Shown in pieces: positions 23,244-33,514 of a stretch of 64,000 nt of DNA; position 1 is the stretch's first letter; every line of letters starts with the position of its first letter. The notes beneath the pieces were generated by a model, which did no database searches, was not told the DNA's origin, and saw only the letters and a list, made by a program, of their open reading frames with translations. Made by a program: the position numbers and the translations under genes. Location of the stretch: positions 98,830,001 through 98,894,000 of the forward strand of contig CM059432.1 of assembly GCA_030390025.1 (NCBI GenBank). The letters are read 5' to 3'. The DNA is from Squalus acanthias. Its lineage: Eukaryota.

Positions 23244-25469
23244 GGCTCAGAAATTGCTGGGAAAATAATGGGGAGTTTAATGGCGCATGCCGGTATTAGT
23301 GTGTAAACTGTCTAGCAATTTGTGGTGAGGAAGAGATAGCCCATGAGTTGCGAATCACCACAAATTGCTGGCGATTTGCGCCGCTCTGCCTTTAGCCTCA
23401 CAAAAACGGGAACTCGCTGTCAACCTCCTTGTAAGTTTTAAGAAATATCTGCATTTGTGTAGTAAATATGAATTAAACTCGCCACAGCAAGTTAGGGCTG
23501 ATACTTAACAGAGTAAGAACCCTTTTATTGACAACATTTATGTTCCTGCAATGCCACTCAACCTCTCTGGCCCAGAAAGGCAACAATTGAAACTGTGGAG
23601 TCTCATTTCTACAGGTAGTAAATTATTCTAAGAGGATTTTAAAATGTAAAATTTTAAAGTTAAAAAAAAATAACTTACTTTTCCTTTCTGTCTCTTTTTC
23701 TCTCTCTTGTAATCCAATTTTTCTTTCCCTCTCTTTATTTCTCTTCCTGTATCTAATTGGACTTTAATTCACCCTATTTCATAGAGTTATAGATTTATTC
23801 AGCACAGAAAGAGGCCCTTCGGCCCATCATATCCGCGCCAGCCATCAAGCCCTGTCTATTCTAATCCCATTTTCCAGCACTTGGTCCGTAGCCTTGTATG
23901 CTATGGCATTTCAAGTGCTCATCTAAATGCTTCTTGAATGTTGTGAGGGTGCCTGCCTCTACCACCCTTTCAGGCAGTGAATTCCAGATTCCAACCACAC
24001 TCTCGGTGAAAAGGTTTTTCCTCAAATCCCCTCTAAACCTCCTGCCCCTTATCTTGAAACTATGCCCCCTGGTTATTGACCCCTCTAGTAAGGGGAAAAG
24101 TTCCTTTCTATCTACCCTATCTATGCCCCTCATAATTTTGTACACCTCAATCAGGTCCCCCCTCAGCCTTCTCTGCTCTAAGGAAAACAACCCCAGCCTG
24201 TCCAGTCTCTCTTCATAGCTGAAGCACTCCAGCCCAGGTAACATCCTGATGAATCTCCTCTGCACCCTCTCCAATGCAATCACATCCTTCCTATAGTGTG
24301 GCGACCAGAACTGCACACAGTATTCCAGCTGTGGCCTAACTAGCATTTTGTACAGCTCCATCATAACCTCCCTGCTCTTATATTCTATGTCTCAGCTAAT
24401 GAAGGCAAGTATCCCATATGCCTTTTGAACCACCTTATCTACCTGTCCTGCTGCCTTCAGGGATCTATGTACATGCACACCAAGGTTCCTCTGATCCTCT
24501 GTCCTTCCTAGGGTCCTACCATTCATTGTGTATTCCCTTGCCTTGTTAGTCCTCCCAAAATGCATCACCTCACACTTTTCAGGGTTAAATTCCATTTGCC
24601 ACTGTTCTGCCCATCTGACCAACCCGTCTATATCGTCCTGTAGCCTGAGGCTTCCCTCCTCGCTATTTACCACTCCACCAATTTTCGTGTCATCTGGGAA
24701 CTTACTGATCATAGCTCATACATTCATATCTAAATCATTAATGTACACTACAAACAGCAAAGGACCCAGCACCGATCCCTGCAGTACACCACTGGACACA
24801 GGCTTCCAGTCACAAAAACAACCTTCGACCATCACCCTCTGCCTCCTGCCACTAAGCCAATTTTGGATTCAATGTGCCAAATTGCCCTGGATCCCATGGG
24901 CTCTTATCTTCTTGACCAGTCTCCCATGCGGGACTTTGTCAAGAGCCTTACTGAAGTCCATGTAGACTACATCAACTGCACTACACTCATCCACACACCT
25001 AGTCACCCCCTCGAAAAATTCAATCAAATTGGTTAGACATGATCTCCCCCTGACAAAGCCATGCTGACTATCCTTGATTAATCCTTGCCTCTCCAAGTGG
25101 AGACTAATTCTGTCCCTCAGAATTTTTTCCAATAATTTCCCTACCACTGATGTTAGGCTCACTGGCCTGTAATTCCCTGGTTTATCCCTACTACCCTTCT
25201 TAAATAATGGTACTACGTTAGCTATCCTCCAGTCCTCTGGCACCACCCCTGTGGCCAGAGAGGTTCTGAAAATCTGTGTCAGAGCCCCTGCAATCTCCTC
25301 CCTTGCCTCACACAGCAGCCTGGGATACATCTCATCTGGGCCTGGGGATTTATCCATTTTTAAGCCCGCTAAAACCGTTAGTACCTCCTCCTTCTCAATA
25401 TTAATTTGTTCAAGTATATCACAATCCCCCTGCCTGATTTCTATGCCTACATTGTCCTTCTCCATAGTG

Positions 25470-25748
25470 GCCATGATGCGGAGATGCCGGTGTTGGACTG
25501 GGGTGGACAAAAATGAGAAGTCGCACAACACCAGGTTATAGTCCAACAGTTTTATTTGAAATCACGAGCTTTCATAGCGCTGCTCCTTCATCAGGTAAAG
25601 TGAAGGAATACAAATCAGCAAAGCATATATATATGCTTTGCTGATTTGTATTCCTTCACTTTACCTGACAAAGGAGCAGCGCTCCGAAAGCTCGTGATTT
25701 CAAATAAAACTGTTGGACTATAACCTGGTGTTGTGCGACTTCTCATTT
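25470..25748. mobile_element. Penelope-type insertion: two termini inverted into a long palindrome, each with a hammerhead-like core
   Basis: 12-bp TSD TTCTCCATAGTG (25458-25469 / 25749-25760); palindrome 25509-25750; CTGANNA-A-GGAGC-AGC-GCTCC-GAAA core. Confidence 0.8.
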
Positions 25749-25942
25749 TTCTCCATAGTGAACACAGATGCAAAATATTCATTTAAAACCTCACCCACAT
25801 CTTCTGGCTCTACACACAGATTGCCACTTTGGTCCCTAATGGGCCCTACTCTTTCCCTGGTTATCCTCTTGCCCTTAATATACTTCTAAAACACCTTGGG
25901 ATTTTCCTTTATTTTGCCCGCCAGTGTTTTTTCATGTCCCCT

Positions 25943-27348
25943 TGTAAAGGAATAGCCATATTTCAGAAAAATACACCATCCTATGAACAGAATTCTGATT
26001 TTATTAAAACATGACAAACTGGGGTTAAAAATCTAAAAGCCTCAATGACACAAGCTGTAAATACAGGCTTCTGAGATAAGATGAAGTGTTAACACAAAAG
26101 CTGTAAACACCATACAAGCTTTTGAAATGGGAAATGGTTGTAAATACTAAGACAATGGCCTCATTGAAACAGATGGTTGTAGGTTCCAAGGAGTCTGCAG
26201 TTTGGAACCAACACAATAGCAATGCCCAAGTAAAGTGTTAAAAAATGACACCTTGAACAGAAAAACAGAACATTAAAAAACCATGTGCCTTTGTACAAGT
26301 AACATCAAATGAAACAGGAAACACGATTATAAATACAACCAATTGAAGTTGTAAAAGATACCTACAGAAGACTTTGAAAATATTACATCAATAGATGTAC
26401 CAAACAATCACATTGTTTATGTGTTGAACTTGGGACACAAGGAGACGAGAAGTCTGTAATACAAGCAGTTAAGCCAATATTAAGAATTGAATTGAAGACC
26501 TTTGAAAGAATGGCATCAAAGAGATAAATCTGTAATAACCATTTTATATGATAAGTTTTTGAAACACCTATACCGCAGACAGGATTCTAAAAGTTAACAG
26601 CTGAATTGACAGTAAGAATAGAAAAGAATTCAATTGAGAATGACTAAAGAAAATTAGCTTACATCAGCAGAAAACTTCAAAGGATAAGCCACTGCAAAAA
26701 AGGTATAAAAATAGAGCTTTTCAGATAGAGAGTCAGAAGTCACTGGAATGGGCCAAGTGATTCTCTCACTCTTCAGATGCAGGCTCTGTAAGTTTTTAAC
26801 TCTTTGAGTGTTGGGTAATCAAGGTATTTGATTTTGGTGGATATTCTGGATTAAGATTAAGTAGAAGTGTGGAAATGTAACTAAATTAAGATTTGAGAGT
26901 AAGGATCTCTGATAAGAAATGTAAGCTATTTGTATTTTGAACTGTTAAAGTTGCGATTGAATCAACAGCTGTTAGCTGAATGTCGGTTCTTTAATAAATC
27001 GATATATTTTTAGAATTATCTCACAGAGTAATTTTGTATCAACCTCGCAAACTCAATTTCTGTACACTCTTTTGTGAGGAATTGCAGAATTCTGGCGGGG
27101 GGGGGTTTCCAGACCCTCATAATATCCGGAAGGTTACAGTCTAGTTAAACTTATTAAAAGTGCTATCTGGAGGACGGTAACATCTTCAAGCCGTTCCTTT
27201 CCTTTAGGGAGAGGTAGTCTGACCTTTGGACCCAATTAAGCATTTCTAGGATTTGGCTACCGCTAACTTTAGTTGAAGGTGAACATCTGGGGAATACGCC
27301 TGATATGGGGTAGCCCGAAAATGGCTAGGACTAGTAATTATCCCTTCA
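25943..27348 (+). mobile_element. Solo LTR (~1.4 kb) (copy 2: 45417-46831)
   Basis: TG...CA termini; 4-bp TSD CCCT/CTCT; TATAAAA ~26704 and AATAAA ~26993; cleanly interrupts CR1 ORF2. Confidence 0.75.
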
Positions 27349-28816
27349 CTCTCTTCGCTCTCCTAATTTCTTTTTTAAGTGCCCCCCTATACTCCTCTAG
27401 GGCTTCCACTGTTTTTAGTCCTTTGTATCTGCCAAAAGCCTCCTTTTTTTCCTACTCCATTCTTGCATATCCCTTGACACTCAGGGTTCCCTGGGCTTGT
27501 TGGTCCCACCCTTGACCTTTATGGGAACATGTTGGCATTGTACTCTCTCTATTTCCTTTCTGAAAGACTCCCACTGCTCTGATGTGGATTTTCCTACAAG
27601 TAGCTTATTCCAATCCACTTTGGCCAGATCCTGCCTTATCATATTAAAATTTGCCTTCCCCCAATTTAGAACCTTTATTTCCAGTCCATCTTTGTCCTTT
27701 TCCATGACTACCTTAAATCTCACCGAATTATGGTCACTGTCACCAAAATGCTCTCCTACTGACACTTCTACCACTTGCTCGACTACTTTCCCTAGAATTA
27801 AGTCCAGTACCACCCCCTCTCTTGTAGGACTTTCTACATGCTGGCTCAAAAAGCTCTCTTGGATGCACTTTAAGAATTCCACACCCTCTAAGCCTTTCAC
27901 ACTCTGACTATCCCAGTTAATATTGGGGAAGTTGAAATCCCCTACTATTATTACCCTATTATTTCTACACTTCTCTGAGATTTTCCTACATAGCTGTTCC
28001 TCTCTCTCCCCCATACTGTTTGGGGGCCTATAGTACACTCCCAGCAAAGTGCTTACCCCCTTTTTGTTTTTAAGTTCTACCCATATGGCTCATTAGAGCA
28101 ACCTGCTAAGATATCATCCCTCCTTACAGCAGTAATTGGCTCCTTGATTAATATTGCAACACCCCCTCCTCTTTTACACCCCCCTCTGTCTCGCCTGAAG
28201 ATTCTATACCCCGGAATATTGAGCTGCCAGTCCTGCCCCTCCCTCAACCATCTCTCTGTGATAGCAACAATATCATACACCCATGTGTTCATCAACACCT
28301 TTAATTCATCTGCCTTACTCGCAAGACTTCTTGCATTAAAATAACTGCCATCCAGCCTTGCCATACTCCCTTGTGCCATTACATATTTGCTCTGCCTTCC
28401 AGGCTGACTTGGTTTTTCCTCTATATTTAGCTGTGCATCACCCCCTACTATAGCTCCACTCTGTATCCCATCCCTCTGCCAAGTATATATAGCGCATTTA
28501 ATGTAATAAAATGTCCCAAGATGCTTAACAAGAGTGATATCCTTTTCCTTTTCCATTATTCCTCTGTTTCTTTCCCTATCCGTAAATTTCATTGGTTAAG
28601 GAGATAGAATAATGGTCTCATCGTTGACCAAGCTCTCAGATGCCCCGTTGCTCTCACTAAGCCATTAATAGCTCGCACTTCCAGCAACTTGTGGCCCCCA
28701 AATTTTTTGAGCTGAAGGGTGAGAAAAAAATCTAACTGACAAGGCACACCGCTAGATCCCCCACTCTTGCAAAATTTTGCAAAATGTGGGCCAATATCTC
28801 TTTATGATAGTTATGA

Positions 28817-29155
28817 TTCCCTAAGCTCTGAAATTCCCTCCCTAAACCTCTCCGCCTCTCTACCTCTCCTTTTTTAAGATGCTCCTTAAAACCTACCTCT
28901 TTGATCAAGCTTTTGGTCATTTGTCCCGATATCTCCTTCTGTGGCTCAGTGTCAAAAATGTTTTTTATTGATATCACTCTTGTTAAGCATCTTGGGACAT
29001 TTTATTACATTAAATGCGCTATATAAATGTAAGTTGTTGCTGTTTGTGTTTTTATGTGGCTCGGTGTCAAATTTTGTTTGATAACGCTCCTGTGAAGTTC
29101 CTTGGGACATTTTACCATGTTAAAGGCGCTATATAAATGCAAGTTGTTTTTGTTG
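28817..29155 (+). mobile_element. Two tandem L2 3' tails
   Basis: GCGCTATATAAATG(T/C)AAGTTGTT tail occurs twice; homologous to the reverse complement of 14808-15030. Confidence 0.75.
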
Positions 29156-30573
29156 AATATCCAGTTCTAAACTTTCTTGTATCAAAATATGTTTCTTAGA
29201 TTCTCTGGGAAGAAATCTATTTGGAAACAAACTAATTAATGTGGCCTGGGACTCCTGACAAAAACCTTTAACATGCACAAATATAGTTTGTGCTTTCCTT
29301 TATATGACATTGACATGGTTCAAACAGTTTTGAAACCAACATATTCTTCAGTATTTGATCATTTATGTACATATTTATCATATAACCTTCAATCCCATAC
29401 TTAACTGGTATTAGTCCTGCTCTTAAATAAAAAGGCATTAACTGCTAAGTAGTGTTTGAAGATAAAGTCGTCATTTTCAGATTGAAGCATTATTTTATGA
29501 TAGTTAAGTGATGGCCAACAACCAGCTTGTAGGTCTTAAATATTACATTGTCATAACGGATTGCCAGCATTTCCATTTATTCATGAAACATGCATCAACA
29601 GCTAACTGAATGTTCACAATTCCCAAAGCCACATGCTACATTAATTAAATAGAGTTTTTATGTGCCTTACATTCATTTACTTTAACTGTCAATTATTCTC
29701 ACTAATGCAATTGAAGACACAGTGTAGCACATAAATATAATGTGTGAAATGTTGCAATCCCATGTAACTGAGATATTGGCAAAGAATCAAATTTGCTTGT
29801 GCCAGCTGATGGAATTGGTCCTATACGTCTTTTCAGAACCTGTGGTGCTAAAGCAGGGACCGAGGTACTGCTGTTGATTGTATTAATATCCTTCATGGAA
29901 AAGATTTCATTGGTAATGTTTAATTTGTTTCAATCAGCTTTGATTTTGATAATTACCCCTGAAATAATACCTTCACTTTCACTTTTGATTTATTTTTCCT
30001 GTCATTCTTTGAAAATGTCCATTTATAGCCCAGACCTGAATCTTTCCCTCAGCTCAATAATCTCCTTCACTGCCCCTAACTATCCTGAATTGCCTGTTCA
30101 TTTAAACACATACAGACCCACTTTTGATCATATACTCTCTCACAAGTATGAACTCTCAGTCCCAGCCTGCCCCATGCTTATTTGGACTCATATTGAAGGC
30201 AATTAGAACTTGCTAACTTTTTGCAAATGAATATAAAGTACATAAAACTCACCATACTTAGAACATTAATTATTTTAATTCTGTTTGCCCTTACATCAGA
30301 TAGTGAAATGGCATAAATAGACATTTTAGCAACAGCATTTTTCATTTATATTTATCAATATCAACCCTTAATCGGCTGGCAGTTTACAGAAACTCTTGTC
30401 TCCCTATTCCAATTGGTTTTATTTGTTTTTCACATGTGTGCTAAATGAACAGTAACATTGTTAAAATATTAATCTTGGATTTATTCCTTTTAAGATTTTA
30501 CTCCCCGCTGCCCTCCGCCACCAACACACTCCGCTGCCCCCCCTCCACCCCGCCAAATAGAGCGGTCTCTAAT

Positions 30574-30908
30574 AGGTGTCAGCCTTGACTCAGTGGTAGT
30601 ATTTTTGCATCTGAGTCAGATGGTTGTGGGTTCAAGTCCCACACCAGAGACTCAAGCACATAATCTAAGCTGACAATTCAGGGCAGTACTGAGGGATACT
30701 GCCGCATTGTCAGAGGTACCGTCTTTCCGTTGTGACGTAATACTATTTGCCTTCTCAGGTAGATGTAAAAGATCCCATGGCACTTTTTGATAAGAGCAGG
30801 GGAGTTCAACTCGGTGTCCTGACCAACATTTATCCCTTAACCAACATAACTAAAACAGATTATCAGGTCATTATCACTTTGCTGATTGTGGGGCTTGTGC
30901 AAACTGGT
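30574..30908 (+). mobile_element. tRNA-derived DeuSINE (SacSINE1/AmnSINE1-like) (copy 2: ~50057-50391)
   Basis: A box TGACTCAGTGG and B box GGTTCAAGTCC, followed by a Deu-domain-like GTAAAAGATCCCATGGCAC...AAGAGCAGGGGAG...ACAGATTATC. Confidence 0.7.
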
Positions 30909-30959
30909 AGTCATGGAGTCTTTGTGGAAGCTAACGGGAATGGTAGCATAGTAGTTATG

Positions 30960-31098
30960 ACGTTCTGACGAAAGGTCATCGACCTGAAACATTAACTCTG
31001 TTTCTCTCTTCACAGATGCTGCCTGACCTGCTGAGTATCTCCAGCATTTTCTGTTTTTATTTCAGATTTTCAGTATCTGCAGTATTTTCTTTTTGTTG
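30960..31098 (+). mobile_element. Penelope-type short terminal insertion with a minimal hammerhead core (copy 2: 50443-50581)
   Basis: 11-bp TSD TAGTAGTTATG (30949-30959 / 31099-31109); CTGACGA-A-AGGTC-ATC-GACCT-GAAA-CATTAAC-TC at 30965-30998. Confidence 0.75.
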
Positions 31099-33514
31099 TA
31101 GTAGTTATGCTACTGGACTAGTAAACCAAAGGCCTGGATGAAAGATCCACAGATGGGAATTCAAATCCCACCATGGCAGCTGGGGAATTTAAATTCAGTT
31201 AATTAAATTAATCTGGAATAAGAAGCTAGTATCAGTAATGGTGACCATGAAACTATCAGATTGTCACAAAAACCCATCTGGTTCACTAATGTCCTTTAGG
31301 GAAGGAAAGCTGCCGTCCTTACCTGGTCTGGTCTATATGTTACTCCAGACACACAGTAATATGGTTGACTCTTAACTGCCCTCTGAAATGGCCGAGCAAG
31401 CCACTCAGTGAGTATGACTATGCCAGGCTGTTGCTTGAGTAGCTACAAAAAGCAAGAATAAGAATAAAACCGGATGGACCACCCAGCATCACCAAGGCAC
31501 CAACTTCGGACACAAAAACGGCTCACCCAGCCCAGTCGACCCTGCAAAGTCCTCCTTACTAACATCTGGGGACTTGTGCCAAAATTGGGAGAGCTGTCCC
31601 ACAGACTAATCAAGCAACAGCCTGACATAGTCATACTCACAGAACTATACCTTTCAGCCAATGTCACAGGCTCCTCCATCACCATCCCTGTCCTGTACCA
31701 CCGGCAGGACAGACCCACAAGAGGTGGCAGCACAGTGGTATACAGTCGGGAAGGAGTGGCCCTGGGAGTCCTCAACATTTACTCCAGACCCCATGAAGTC
31801 TCATGGCTTCAGATGAAGCATGGGCAAGGAAACCTCCTGCTGATTACCACCTACCGCCCTCCCTCAGTGAATGAATCAGTACACCTCCATGTTGAACACC
31901 ACCTGGAAGAAGCACTGAGGGTAGCAAGGGCACAGAATGTACTCTGGGTGGGGGACTTCAAAGTCCATCACCAAGAGTGGCTTGGTAGCACCACTACTGA
32001 CCGAGCTGGCTGAGTCCTGAAGGACACAGCTGCCAGACTAGGACTGGTGAGAAAGCCAACACAAGGGAAAAACATACTTGACCTCATCCTCACCAATCTA
32101 TCTGTCGCAGATGCATCTGTCTATGACAGCATTGGTAGCAGTGACCACTGCACAGTCATTGTGGAGACAAAATCACGTCTTCACACGGAGGACACCCTCC
32201 ATCGTGTGTTGTGCTAAATGGAATAGATTCAGAACAGATCTAGCAGCTCAAAACTGGGCATCCATGAGGGGCTGTGGGCCATCAGCAGCAGCAGAATTGT
32301 ATTCCACCACAATCTGTAACCTCATGGCCCAGCACATCCCTCACTCTACCATTACCATGAAGCCAGGGGACCAACCCTGGTTCAATGAGGAGTGTCGAAG
32401 AGTATGCCAGGAGCAGTACCAGGCGTACCTAAAAATGAGGTGTGTAAGTATACACAGGCCCTTAATTTTTAATTTTGGCATATATTAAAATGTTTTGCCA
32501 GGCCAAAAGGTTTTTTCGAAGTGTAACAGACTGTCTTTCACTGATAAGTAGACATGGAATGTGCTTTGATGTGCTTTACTAAAAGACAGCAGACATTTGG
32601 GAGCAAATGTGCTTTCAAAAGGAACTGTTGTATTTGCAAGTTGCGTTGTGATGGAGATATTTCAAGAGCTGGGTGTTGGATAGTAGATACTGACAGAACA
32701 AATGGTTGTGGCTGCAGGGGGTATTCATAGACAACATAGATAAACAAACCCCCTTAGATTTGCAGACATTGGGCTCGATTTTGCCAGGCCCGAGGAGGCG
32801 GGAATGGAGGCGTGTGGGTTGTTAAAAATGCAAAAAATGGCAGGCGGGCCCGACCCCGCCTCCATCCCGCCTTCGAGCAATTTTCCCAAATGCGTGGTTT
32901 CTGATCCCGTCTCCGTCCCACCTCCAAGAGGCGGGATAGGCCCTTAAGGCCCTTAACAACCACTTAATTGCCTCTATAATCCCATTTTGAGAGGCCTTTC
33001 TGATTTTAAGACTTTTCCCACGTGATGCACGCCTCCTCTGAAACACGACGGTGAAACCTGGTGGTAGCACACTTGGATTGCTGACTACCAGCTGCAGGTC
33101 CACCATTAAGAAGGAGATTTGATCAATCATCATTCAGGGGGAACTTTTAGCAGTCATAACCATTGTTGTGGAAGTTTGGAGCCTGGAGTAGTAGTAGTAG
33201 TGGTGGTGGTGGTGGTAAAAAAAATCTGGGAGCAGACTTAGGTCTCCTGCTGCTCATTTTACCTCCAGGTCCCTCTCACAGCAAAGGCCAAAAGCTTCCC
33301 AATCTTTGCAGACCTTAAATGCAGCAGCAATGATGACATCATCAGAGGCGACTTTCAGACTGAAAAAACTAATTGGGTCATGGGTTCCCACATGCTGGAA
33401 CTCAATTGCCCAATTAGGGGAAAATCAAATAATTCTCCCACATCCAATTGGAGTTGGGTGGCTAACACGAAAAGTGGATGACACGACCCCAGCCCACCCC
33501 AATGACAAAATCGA

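Larger units (their letters stand above)
23780..28483 (-). mobile_element. CR1 LINE with most of ORF2 (APE endonuclease and RT), disrupted; hosts a Penelope palindrome and a solo LTR (copy 2: ~43254-47966)
   Basis: ORFs 28077-28592 (FNARSL, DIVAITE), 27481-28047 (YRPP, GDFN, SDH), 24869-25546 (KSPGPD, YRPVSLTS), 24392-24712 and 23861-24364. Confidence 0.95.
23244..28792. mobile_element. Old Harbinger-type MITE split by a CR1 insertion (arms 23244-23779 and ~28542-28792)
   Basis: Degenerate TIRs GGCTCAGAAATTGC / GCAAAATGTGGGCC; 3-bp TSD AAT; removing it restores the L2 sequence CCTAATATCTC. Confidence 0.6.

Noticed and set aside
29702..30206. ORFs 29702-29896 (-) and 29793-30206 (+) as host exons
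   Set aside because: No recognisable domain and no consistent splice structure.
30574..30650. tRNA gene
   Set aside because: A/B boxes run directly into a SINE body; no convincing cloverleaf.
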